Shown here: positions 20,335 through 29,236 of the stretch, piece after piece
Position numbering within the stretch: position 1 is the first letter of the stretch
Layout: each line of letters starts with the position of its first letter
Source of the DNA: Candidatus Bathyarchaeota archaeon
Lineage (GTDB): Archaea > Thermoproteota > Bathyarchaeia > Hecatellales > Hecatellaceae
Length of the DNA stretch: 64,000 nucleotides
Direction: 5' to 3'
Assembly: GCA_052246995.1 (NCBI GenBank)
Contig: JBQPWD010000004.1
Span: forward strand, 128,001 to 192,000
Program-made: the position numbers and the translations under genes
Notes under the pieces: model-generated
What the model was told of the DNA's origin: nothing
The model's database searches: none
The model's input: only the letters and a program-made list of their open reading frames with translations

Positions 20335-20580
20335 TTAACCCCTCCCCAGAAGTGTTTTAAACTCTTCATGTACTTTTACAAGCCTTTCGGCTAAAGCCTT
20401 CTCTTCTTCACTACCAACTTTGGAGAAAAAATCTTTAACCAGCTTCTCAAGTTCTTCAAGGTTTTTTGCTTCACTAAAAAGTTTTAAATAAAGATTTACA
20501 ATTTTTGTTCTTAAATGGTATCCTACGTAAAGTTTTGCTATTCTCCTTAAATTATCCTTAACTAGGTAGGTTACCTCCAA
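20335..20580 (-). CDS. Small hypothetical protein within the hydrogenase operon
   Basis: 81 aa, SD plus TTG start, 2-nt gap to the downstream gene. Confidence 0.7.
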   Translation of the reverse strand: MEVTYLVKDNLRRIAKLYVGYHLRTKIVNLYLKLFSEAKNLEELEKLVKDFFSKVGSEEEKALAERLVKVHEEFKTLLGRG

Positions 20581-20599
20581 CCTTTTTCCACCAACCTAA

Positions 20600-21040
20600 C
20601 TAGACTTTTTCTTTTAACTTTTGAATTGCCAACGCTATTCCATGAATAATTGCTTCAGGTTTAGGTGGACATCCTGGAACATAAACATCAACAGGGATAA
20701 TTTTGTTTACAGGACCTCCAAACCCATAGCTTACATAATCACCTTCACCATAAAACACCCCTCCTGTTAATGCGCAAGAACCTACAGCAACAACAACCTT
20801 CGGGTTTGGAATCTGTTCATAAACTCTTTTTAAAGCTTTTGTTATATGTTTTGAAACTTGGCCTGCAACAACAAGGATATCCGCCTGTCTAGGAGTACCT
20901 GTAAGCCTTATACCAAGTCTTTCAACATCATATCTTGGAGTTAAACATGCAACAATCTCTATGTGGCAACCGTTACATCCGCCACATGGTGTAAACATTA
21001 TCCAAGGAGACTTGGCTCTTGACCAGGCTTTTAAACCCAA
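20600..21040 (-). CDS. Group 4 [NiFe]-hydrogenase small subunit (NuoB-like)
   Basis: CNGC, 'PRYDVERLG', 'PRQAD', GSCA and 'VPGCPP'. Confidence 0.93.
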   Translation of the reverse strand: MGLKAWSRAKSPWIMFTPCGGCNGCHIEIVACLTPRYDVERLGIRLTGTPRQADILVVAGQVSKHITKALKRVYEQIPNPKVVVAVGSCALTGGVFYGEGDYVSYGFGGPVNKIIPVDVYVPGCPPKPEAIIHGIALAIQKLKEKV

Positions 21041-21053
21041 AATGGTAAACCCC

Positions 21054-21602
21054 TTAATAATACTTTCTTGGATGGTAATTAAGTCTAAAACTAAGCTGCT
21101 TTCTACACGTTGAACAATATTTAGAGTAAACTTGGAAGTCTTTTTCTATGGTTTCTTTTTGAGAAACGTTAATTTTACTTAAACCCCTATCTCTAACCTT
21201 TAAAATTTGAGGTTCTGGAGCAAAATACCGTCCACAGTTTTCACACACAGCTTGGTTTACCTCAACAACCTCCTTGGCCTGATTTAAATCATAAACTGCA
21301 AGCTCAAACTTACTTGTAAGCATGATAGCGTCTTCAGGGCATACTTCTTGACAGGTTGCACAGTAAAGACATTTTCCAAGGTTAACTTCTATTTTTCTTT
21401 TACCGTTTTCTTCTACTATTGTTATAGCTTCAGGGGGGCAGCAATTAAAACATCCACCACAACCAACACACTTTTCTCTGTCAAACTCAGGTTTACCACG
21501 CAAACCTTCAGGTAAGTAAGCAGGTGGACCGAAAGGATACTTTATTGTTACACATCGAGCTAAGCTTTTAAATGCCTCAACCAAAACTTTTAGATTAACC
21601 AT
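21054..21602 (-). CDS. NuoI/HycF-like 2x[4Fe-4S] subunit with extra C-terminal Cys pairs
   Basis: 'TIKYP..RGKP', CVGCGGCFNCCP, CLYCATCQEVCP, CENC and CSTC. Confidence 0.9.
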   Translation of the reverse strand: MVNLKVLVEAFKSLARCVTIKYPFGPPAYLPEGLRGKPEFDREKCVGCGGCFNCCPPEAITIVEENGKRKIEVNLGKCLYCATCQEVCPEDAIMLTSKFELAVYDLNQAKEVVEVNQAVCENCGRYFAPEPQILKVRDRGLSKINVSQKETIEKDFQVYSKYCSTCRKQLSFRLNYHPRKYY

Positions 21603-23346
21603 TTTCCACTCGCCTCGACTTAAGTCTTGATTTTTCAGCTAGCATACTAAAGCTAACAGGTTTAACCTTTTTTTCTTTAATATCCTCCAAAACTATCATT
21701 ATGGAGCGGTCGGTACATGCCAAGCAGGGATCTATGCTTGCAATAATTATAGGTGCATCAGCAATTGTTTGGTCTCTAAGCATGTAAAGTGTTGATGGGT
21801 TGTTTAGGAAAGATGGTGTTCTAATTCTAACTCTATCAGGAATATGGGTTCCGTTAGACCTAATGTAATATGTTAATTCACCTCTTGGGGCTTCAACCCT
21901 GCCAATAGCTTCCTTTCCTTCTGGAAATTCTTTGGGAATTTCAGATTGAATCGGTCCACTTGTTTTTTGTAGGAAGTCTAAACATTGCCTGCATATACTT
22001 ATACTCTGTAAAAGTTCTAAAAGTCTAACTATAACCTTTGCGTACACATCCCCATCAGATTGTGTGATCACATCCCATGAAGTTTCCCTGTAAGCTAGAT
22101 ACGGGTCGTCTTTTCGAACATCAATTCTTACGTTTGAACCCCTAGCGGTAGGCCCAACAACACCAACTTCTTTTGCCGCATCTTTTGTTAAAACACCAAT
22201 TCCAATTGTTCTTTTACGGATTAACGGTTCGCTTGTTGCAATATCAATATACTTTTTAGTTGCTTTTTCTAACACGTCAAGCGTTTTCTCGATTTTTGGT
22301 ATCATATCACGGGTTATATCTCTACGAACACCACCAATAGTGTTCATTGCGTGATTTACCCTGTTACCGGAAACCATTTCAAAAATATCTAAAACATGTT
22401 CCCTGTCTCTCCAGAACCACATAAAAGCTGTTTTATAACCTATCAAATCCATGCCTACACCAGCCCATAAAAGGTGGCTGTGGATTCTTTCAAGCTCTTT
22501 AATCAACGTTCTAACATACCTTCCCCTGTCCGGCAGTTCTATGTCTCCAAGCATTTCAACAGTTCTACAGTATGCTGAAGTGTGTGCATGTGAACAAATT
22601 CCACAAACACGCTCCGAGATGTATATGTTTCTCCAGTAGCTTCTTTTTTCCATAAGCTTCATTATACCTCTATGGTTAAAGCCTGGCTTCATATCTGCCT
22701 CAACAATTTTTTCACCATCAACTTTTAACCTAAAATACCAAGCTTCAACTAGAAGTGGATGGAAAGGTCCTATTGGAACAATCGACAACTCAGGCTTACC
22801 CTCAACATCAACCGGTAAAGGTATCCACTTTCCAACTTTTTTACGCTGTTCTTCTGCAGAATGTTCCATTACTTTTTCTACTTTTACCTCCTCAACTTCA
22901 CCTGGCCACTCATAAGGTAAAACAAAGTGACGAGGATCTATCAGTTCTTCAAACGTTATACCGTTAAGCTCACCCATCTCTCTTTCAGCATAAACTGCTG
23001 AGTAGTAAATGGGTGAAACTGAGTCTACACTAGGTGTTTCGCGTGAAAGTGTTGTTTTAACGGTTAAGGTTAAGCTTTCATCAAAGGTTTTGTCCTTGTA
23101 GTCAAATGCGTAATGGTAAAGCACCTCAAAACCCTTAAAGTCAAGGTCGTTTACAGATATGGTTACAAGCCTAGCATCAAACTCTCCTTTTAAAAGCTCG
23201 GCTACTGGTTTAACAGCATTATTCTTAACATTAACATAAACCCTTTTTTCCCTTCCCACATACTCGCCAAGGTAATCTTCTTTTAACTTTTCCCTTAACC
23301 TTGAGATAACTGCTTCTAAAAGTGTACCTTCTTTTTGTTTTTCCAT
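21595..23346 (-). CDS. Group 4 [NiFe]-hydrogenase large subunit (fused NuoC-NuoD type)
   Basis: NuoC-like N-terminus (EREMGEL..ITF); intact Ni ligands RVCGIC and DPCLAC, followed by TDR and a C-terminal extension. Confidence 0.95.
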   Translation of the reverse strand: MEKQKEGTLLEAVISRLREKLKEDYLGEYVGREKRVYVNVKNNAVKPVAELLKGEFDARLVTISVNDLDFKGFEVLYHYAFDYKDKTFDESLTLTVKTTLSRETPSVDSVSPIYYSAVYAEREMGELNGITFEELIDPRHFVLPYEWPGEVEEVKVEKVMEHSAEEQRKKVGKWIPLPVDVEGKPELSIVPIGPFHPLLVEAWYFRLKVDGEKIVEADMKPGFNHRGIMKLMEKRSYWRNIYISERVCGICSHAHTSAYCRTVEMLGDIELPDRGRYVRTLIKELERIHSHLLWAGVGMDLIGYKTAFMWFWRDREHVLDIFEMVSGNRVNHAMNTIGGVRRDITRDMIPKIEKTLDVLEKATKKYIDIATSEPLIRKRTIGIGVLTKDAAKEVGVVGPTARGSNVRIDVRKDDPYLAYRETSWDVITQSDGDVYAKVIVRLLELLQSISICRQCLDFLQKTSGPIQSEIPKEFPEGKEAIGRVEAPRGELTYYIRSNGTHIPDRVRIRTPSFLNNPSTLYMLRDQTIADAPIIIASIDPCLACTDRSIMIVLEDIKEKKVKPVSFSMLAEKSRLKSRRVENG

Positions 23347-23350
23347 TTTT

Positions 23351-23941
23351 TTACCACCTTAAAAGCATAAGCTTACGAACATCCAAACTTTTTGTTCGTT
23401 TATACAAAAGAAGTGCTAAACCCATAACCAGAATAATGGTCGCTGTTTTTATTATAACTAAGCTAATCTCAACACTAACTGGAAACTCTACTCCTAGCAT
23501 TAGAGTGTGAGTTGCGTTATTTAGGAGGGTTAAACCGAGTCCAAGCTTTACTAGGTCAGCTTTAGCAAGCATTGTATAAATTCCAATAACAAATAAAGGA
23601 ATAGCCGTTAACATCCTAGGGTCGGTAAAGTTTAGAAAAGCATAAACCGTGAAGACACCAATTAAGAAGAGCAGAATTGAAGACGATGTTAATCCGTCTA
23701 TAAAAGGCTCCTCTGAGAGGCTTTTAGTCTTTCTAATTGTTAGGTAAATAACTAGTGGAAATACTATAATGAGAGAAATAACTGAAAGAAGAAAACTCTG
23801 AGTTGAAAGCTCCTGATAGAAAACTGAAACCAAGAGAATACCTTGAACAAGAAGACAAGTTGTTGATACATACAGGTTTCTATGTTCACATATAGCCATA
23901 CCAAGAACGGTTGCAACAATAATTACAGGGGTTAAATCCAT
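23351..23941 (-). CDS. Hydrogenase membrane subunit (HyfE-like)
   Basis: About 6-7 TM helices; C-terminus 'KSLDVRKLMLLRW' resembles HyfE/NuoK tails; operon position. Confidence 0.7.
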   Translation of the reverse strand: MDLTPVIIVATVLGMAICEHRNLYVSTTCLLVQGILLVSVFYQELSTQSFLLSVISLIIVFPLVIYLTIRKTKSLSEEPFIDGLTSSSILLFLIGVFTVYAFLNFTDPRMLTAIPLFVIGIYTMLAKADLVKLGLGLTLLNNATHTLMLGVEFPVSVEISLVIIKTATIILVMGLALLLYKRTKSLDVRKLMLLRW

Positions 23942-23951
23942 AATTTCCCAC

Positions 23952-24896
23952 CTAAACCATAATTACAGCCAATATTAAGCCTGCAAGAGACAAACCTAAA
24001 ATTCCAGTTAAATACCATTTAAAAGCCTGGTCAATTCGAAAACGTGGATTTGCAGTATGAACTATAACCATTAAAACAACAACAAAAGTCATTTTTGCCA
24101 GAAACCATAAAACATTCCACGGGAAGGGTAAACCATCTCCACCACCAAGAAAGAGGTTTGTAAACAAAGCGCTAAAAACCACCCATTTAACAAAGATTGA
24201 AAGTCTAAAAACTCCATAGAGAGGTCCACCGTATTCAACATATGGGCCAGCAATAATTTCTTGTTCAGCTTCAGATACATCAAAAGGTCTGAGAGCAAGT
24301 TTTGCAAGCAAACAGATAAATAAGACTACAGCTGCAAACGGGTTTAAAACTAAGAACCATGTATTCCTAATTTGATAATTTACAATTTCCCAGAGACTTA
24401 ACGACTTCACCACGATTGCTGGAGCTAAAACTGCTAAAACAAATGGAAGCTCTTCAGCTATAAGAAGACTTACTTCCCTACTTGCTCCAACAGCACCATA
24501 CGGAGAACTTGACGAACCTCCAGCTATAACCAATGCTATTGAAGGTATTATAAGAAAGTACGCTATGACAATTACATCCCCAGCAAAGCCTACTGGAGAG
24601 GGTAAACCAAAAGGTATAAGGGTTACAGCACAAAGAAGAGAAGCTAAACTTAAAAGTGGAGCTATAACCATGTACGGCTTATAGGCAGTTATAGGGATTA
24701 TCTGCTCCTTAAAGAAGAGTTTGAAAACATCTGCAAACGACTGGTAAAACGGTGGCCCCCTCCTTGATTGAATTCTGGCTTCAAGCTTTCTTTTTAACCA
24801 ATCATACATTCCTCCAAGCAGAAAAGAAAACATGAGACCTGGATACACGATAAAACTAAAAATGCTTATTCCTATAAGCTCGTACACAATAATCAC
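23952..24896 (-). CDS. NuoH/HycD-like membrane subunit
   Basis: 'RKLEARIQSRRGPP', 'PFDVSEAEQEIIAGPYVEYGG', 'PRFRIDQ'. Confidence 0.95.
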   Translation of the reverse strand: MIIVYELIGISIFSFIVYPGLMFSFLLGGMYDWLKRKLEARIQSRRGPPFYQSFADVFKLFFKEQIIPITAYKPYMVIAPLLSLASLLCAVTLIPFGLPSPVGFAGDVIVIAYFLIIPSIALVIAGGSSSSPYGAVGASREVSLLIAEELPFVLAVLAPAIVVKSLSLWEIVNYQIRNTWFLVLNPFAAVVLFICLLAKLALRPFDVSEAEQEIIAGPYVEYGGPLYGVFRLSIFVKWVVFSALFTNLFLGGGDGLPFPWNVLWFLAKMTFVVVLMVIVHTANPRFRIDQAFKWYLTGILGLSLAGLILAVIMV

Positions 24897-24897
24897 C

Positions 24898-26661
24898 TTA
24901 AACCATGGTAAACGTAAACAACATCATTAAAGTTAAAACCACTATATACAACAAGTAGTGAGGTAGGAAGCCTGTATGGATTGCTCTAACAACCCTTAAA
25001 AAAGGATATGCTGCAAAGCTGAAGGGTGATGAAGAAACCTTTGCTTCCTCAACCTTTAGGTATGGTGGTGTAACCAATCCACCAGTAAACGGCAAAAACT
25101 TGTCAGATGTAGGAGGATATTTAAGAGGCTTTGCCGTTAGCTTGTAAATAGCAAAGATTACCACAACTCCAAAAAATAGTAGAAATGCCCCCCACGCAGC
25201 ATACCAAGACCCAACATCCGTAACAAGGAAGAATAAACTTGCAACCAACTGCACCTCGCCCCTAACAAGCATGGTTGTTGCTGGAACAATAAGATAAGAA
25301 AGCGGAAATCCTGGAACAACGCCAAAGAGAATGCATAGTGATGCTAGTATCACCATTGGAATGTACATAAGCGGAGAAACTTCTTTTACATTAGAGAGTT
25401 TTCCCGGTAGAGAAAGAAAGATGGAATGTATAACCTTCATGAACGATATGAGCGTAAGTGCACTTACAAGCATCCCAACTCCTGCAAGTAAAGGTGCACC
25501 AGCCTGAATACATGCCTCATAGATTATCCACTTACTGCTAAACCCGCTAAACGGAGGAATTCCTGAGATTGAAAGTGAAGCAATTGTCATAGTTACGGCG
25601 GTTATAGGCATATGTCTAGCTAAACCACCTAACCTGTCCAGGTTTGTTTCACCAGTTGCATGTTCAACAGAGCCTGCACATAGATACAGTAATCCTTTAT
25701 AGATTGCATGATTTAGCGAATGGAATAAACCTCCTATTATACCCAGCGGGGTTCCCAGCGAAACACCCATAACCATATACCCCATTTGGCTTATAATGTG
25801 ATAGGAAAGGAGTCTCTTAACATCGCGTTGGAGAAGAGCCATGAAAACTCCAACAAGCATTGCACCTGCGCCAATCCAGGCCAAAAAATGGTTAACAGGG
25901 CTAAGTACACCATACGCATGGTAAACTATCCTAATTAGAGGAATTAAGACAACATAAGGGCTTAGCTTAATGGTTGAAACCGCAAGCAACGCCCCCACTG
26001 GGGATGGTGCCTCGGAAAAAGCATCGGGAAGCCATGTATGTAGAAGTATTAATGGAACTTTAACCCCAAAGCCTATTACAATCAGCGCTAAGGCAGTTTT
26101 GAACAGCATTCCTTGAAGTTGCGTGTTGTACAGGCATGATAAATACAACGTTCCTGTTTGTAAATATAAAATGAGAATGCCGGCTAACGCGATAAAGCCC
26201 GCCAATGTACATTGAAAAATGTATTTTAACGCTGCCTCCAAAGAAGAGTTTCTTCTATAATATAGTATAAGAACTGCCGAGGAAATTGTTGTTAACTCGA
26301 TAAAGATATAAAGCCATAAAAGATCCCATGAAACTGCAACACCAACCATGCTGCCAGTAAACAGTAAGCTAAAACAATAATATTCACCAGCTTTTTCCTT
26401 TGTAAACTCTAGTGAATATATAAGTACCAAGAAACTCATAAACGCAGGAACCAGAGCTACAAACATTGTTAAATCATTAATGGAGAAAGAGAAGACTGAA
26501 GCTAACCTAACATTTCCACTAAAATTAGCAAGTATAAGTATAAACGAGGTTAGCGAAACAAGTATAGAAAAAATTCCTGAGACTTTTCCACTTACCTTGC
26601 CTACATAATAAGCAACAGGTGCACCAACGAACAAAAGTGTCAAAGCAAGTAATAGTAACAT
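24898..26661 (-). CDS. Antiporter-like ion-translocating subunit (MrpD/NuoL-M-N/HyfB family)
   Basis: 'LHTWLPDA', 'DVKRLLSY..ISQMGY', 'HAIYKGLLYL', 'GIPPFSGFSSKW'. Confidence 0.93.
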   Translation of the reverse strand: MLLLLALTLLFVGAPVAYYVGKVSGKVSGIFSILVSLTSFILILANFSGNVRLASVFSFSINDLTMFVALVPAFMSFLVLIYSLEFTKEKAGEYYCFSLLFTGSMVGVAVSWDLLWLYIFIELTTISSAVLILYYRRNSSLEAALKYIFQCTLAGFIALAGILILYLQTGTLYLSCLYNTQLQGMLFKTALALIVIGFGVKVPLILLHTWLPDAFSEAPSPVGALLAVSTIKLSPYVVLIPLIRIVYHAYGVLSPVNHFLAWIGAGAMLVGVFMALLQRDVKRLLSYHIISQMGYMVMGVSLGTPLGIIGGLFHSLNHAIYKGLLYLCAGSVEHATGETNLDRLGGLARHMPITAVTMTIASLSISGIPPFSGFSSKWIIYEACIQAGAPLLAGVGMLVSALTLISFMKVIHSIFLSLPGKLSNVKEVSPLMYIPMVILASLCILFGVVPGFPLSYLIVPATTMLVRGEVQLVASLFFLVTDVGSWYAAWGAFLLFFGVVVIFAIYKLTAKPLKYPPTSDKFLPFTGGLVTPPYLKVEEAKVSSSPFSFAAYPFLRVVRAIHTGFLPHYLLYIVVLTLMMLFTFTMV

Positions 26662-27540
26662 TTATCCTTTCCCCTCCAGCTTGTTTAAAAGTCTTGTTGC
26701 ACGAATCCTCCTAAAAATAGAGCCTAGGGATGTAGCTGAAAATCCTTGAGCTAAAGCTACAAGTTCAAGCAGGTTCATACATGGAATATCATAAACGTAG
26801 CCTTTTTCTCTAAGGAATAGTTGAGCCATTTCAAGGAAGTTGAGACATGCAGGACATATAAGGGCTATACAGTCAGCCTCAACCTTTTTAACCTCGTCAA
26901 GCTTAACCTTAGCCCGTTCATTATAAGCGTAATCTAGGTTTAGAAAGCTTGTTGGGAAACCGCAACAGATCCTCTCACTTTCGTAAGGCAAAATCTGGCA
27001 GCCTATTACTTCGGCTATTTTTTTAAGCTTTTTCTGTAGGTTTAACTCTTCATCAAACTTTCTAAGCTTACAACCAGGTTGAAGACAAACTTTAATGTTT
27101 GTTAAAGGCTTAACCACGGTATTTTCCAACCTTTTTAATCCTACATCGTCGTATAAAACTTCCAGTATGTTTTTAACATTAACTTTACCAATATATTCTA
27201 AACCATAATTTGAAAGTATTCGATTAACCTTTTCATTTACCTCCTTATCCTTCTCTAAAATTTTTTTAGCCTCAAACAAAGTTTCAAAACAACCGTTACA
27301 AACAGTAAAAACATCATAACCAAGCTTCTCAGCCAAAGCTAAGTTTCTAGCGGCCAAGGTAATCCACATCAACTCATCAACAACCCTTGGAATATCTGTT
27401 GGAGGACAGCAAGAAGCACCTTCAACATCATAAACTACAACACCAAGTTTTTCAAGAACTTTTCTGGTGGCAGATTCAACATAAGGTTGGAGCGATGGAA
27501 TAAAACATCCAAGAAAAAATGAATATTCCAACCTTTTCAT
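26662..27540 (-). CDS. hdrB: Heterodisulfide reductase subunit B-like protein (two CCG domains)
   Basis: FFLGC...SCCP...AARNLALAE...CNGC and PGC...CCG...CPAC. Confidence 0.88.
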   Translation of the reverse strand: MKRLEYSFFLGCFIPSLQPYVESATRKVLEKLGVVVYDVEGASCCPPTDIPRVVDELMWITLAARNLALAEKLGYDVFTVCNGCFETLFEAKKILEKDKEVNEKVNRILSNYGLEYIGKVNVKNILEVLYDDVGLKRLENTVVKPLTNIKVCLQPGCKLRKFDEELNLQKKLKKIAEVIGCQILPYESERICCGFPTSFLNLDYAYNERAKVKLDEVKKVEADCIALICPACLNFLEMAQLFLREKGYVYDIPCMNLLELVALAQGFSATSLGSIFRRIRATRLLNKLEGKG

Positions 27541-27545
27541 CTTCG

Positions 27546-27836
27546 CTAATATCTTAACTTTCCTTTCTCCAAGTCAAAACCAATTTTTTCATCAAACATT
27601 AACTTTTTAGCAATATCCTGAATTTGCTTAGTTGCAAAAGTATGTTTGTATGCTGTTGGGGGGATATCAGGCAATCCAAGCTTAACCCGCCTACCTTTCC
27701 AAACCTCAAGGAATTCTTGAACATGCCCTGTTAAGAGGATATTAGATACAGGAAATCTGAATTGATGTGGAAGAAAACCCTTAATATCCTTTCTTAAAGG
27801 GTATAATCGCAAGTTTTCCTCTAAACTATTTCCCAT
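27546..27836 (-). CDS. HdrC C-terminal-domain-only protein (no Fe-S cysteines)
   Basis: 'LLTGH...RVKLGLPDIPPTAYKH...FDEKIGFD' matches the C-terminal helical part of methanogen HdrC; no Cys residues; directly upstream of hdrB. Confidence 0.65.
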   Translation of the reverse strand: MGNSLEENLRLYPLRKDIKGFLPHQFRFPVSNILLTGHVQEFLEVWKGRRVKLGLPDIPPTAYKHTFATKQIQDIAKKLMFDEKIGFDLEKGKLRY

Positions 27837-28048
27837 GTTTTATCCTACACCACAAGAAGGCATAGAAGCATTTTCAAACTACTACTTTATCCTAAAATTT
27901 TTATATAAAATTTTTCATATAAAAGAAGTTGACATACAACATTCACAAAACCAAAAACTGGTTAGGAGATAAAAGAACAAAATATTTTTTAGTCTTAACA
28001 ATAGCAATATTATGTGATTGGCGGTTAAAAACGTGTGAGGGGATATAA

Positions 28049-28498
28049 ATGGTTGTTTTAGATGGCTATGAGTTTCCTGAAGACTTATACTATACACCTG
28101 AAGATGGTGTTGGAAATTCATGGGCAAGGATTGAAGCTGATGGAAGTGTAACAGTAGGGATTGATGATTTCTTCCAAAAGACAGCTAAAAGCATAAGGTA
28201 CGTTGACCTTCCATTTGAGGGAGACAAAGTTGAGCAAGGTAAGGCTTTTGCAACTGTTGAGTCTGAAAAATGGGTTGGTCAAGTAACAGCCCCAGTTTCC
28301 GGTGAGGTTTTAGCTGTAAACAACAAGGTTCTTGAGAAGCCTAAACTTGTAAATGAAGATCCCTACAGGGATGGTTGGCTTATAAAAGTTAAACCCGAAA
28401 AACTTAATGAAGAAATTAAAAACCTTGTTCATGGTGTAGACGGTATTAAACAGCTTTACCGTAAAAGCGTGGAGAAGTATCTTAAAAAGAAGGGGTGA
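28049..28498 (+). CDS. gcvH: Glycine cleavage H-protein-like lipoyl carrier
   Basis: 'VTVGIDDF', 'VESEKWVG' (lipoyl Lys), 'APVSGEV', 'VNEDPY..GWL'. Confidence 0.9.
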   Translation: MVVLDGYEFPEDLYYTPEDGVGNSWARIEADGSVTVGIDDFFQKTAKSIRYVDLPFEGDKVEQGKAFATVESEKWVGQVTAPVSGEVLAVNNKVLEKPKLVNEDPYRDGWLIKVKPEKLNEEIKNLVHGVDGIKQLYRKSVEKYLKKKG

Positions 28499-28504
28499 GG
28501 TTTT

Positions 28505-29233
28505 TTGAGAATTCTTTTCTGGAGTGGCTGTCTTGCCAAAAGAAGAATGCCTGAGTCTGTTAATGCTGCATTAAAAATACTGGAAAAATTGGGATACGAG
28601 GTTGTAAAACTTGGTAATGAAGGGTGTTGTGGGGATCCGTTGATGTTAGCAGGATACACGCAATATGCACTAGAAAATGCTAAAAAAGTTGCTGAAATGG
28701 TAAATGGTGCTAATGTTGACCTTATTGTTACAGGTTGTGCTGGATGTTATAGAGGTTTTAACGAGTATGAGGATTACGGTGTAGAAATTCCTAAACCCAA
28801 ACACATGGTTCACATTGTTGCTGAAAACCTTAATAAAATAAAGTTTAAGCAAACAGAAAAGGAAAAAATTGTATACCACGACCCTTGCGAGCTTGGACGT
28901 TGGAGTGGTGTTTACGAGGAGCCTAGAAAAGTTTTACGTAGTATTGCTGATGTTGTTGAACCTTTGCTTTCAAAGGATGAGGCTCGTTGTTGTGGTGGAG
29001 GAGGAGGAATGCTTACAATAAAGGCTGATTTAAGTATTAGAGTTGGAGAGATAAGGATTGAAAGAGACATAGAGCCTACAGGTGTCAAAAAAATTGTTAC
29101 AGCTTGTCCAGCCTGCTATTCAACTTTAAGTCTTGCTGCAGGTAAAAGATGGGTTGCAACTGGAAGAAAAAAAGATGAAAGAATAGAGGTTTTTGATTTT
29201 TCGCAGTATGTTCTCTCAAAAATGGAGGTGTAA
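28505..29233 (+). CDS. CCG-domain Fe-S protein (HdrD/GlpC/LutA-like)
   Basis: WSGC...CCG...GCAGC and YHDPCELGR...CCGGGGG...ACPAC. Confidence 0.9.
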   Translation: MRILFWSGCLAKRRMPESVNAALKILEKLGYEVVKLGNEGCCGDPLMLAGYTQYALENAKKVAEMVNGANVDLIVTGCAGCYRGFNEYEDYGVEIPKPKHMVHIVAENLNKIKFKQTEKEKIVYHDPCELGRWSGVYEEPRKVLRSIADVVEPLLSKDEARCCGGGGGMLTIKADLSIRVGEIRIERDIEPTGVKKIVTACPACYSTLSLAAGKRWVATGRKKDERIEVFDFSQYVLSKMEV

Positions 29234-29236
29234 AAA

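Noticed and set aside
19865-27836. Interpretation as complex I/Fpo or as proof of methanogenesis
   Set aside because: The large subunit keeps both Ni-binding CxxC motifs, so it is a hydrogenase, and no mcr/mtr genes are in the window.
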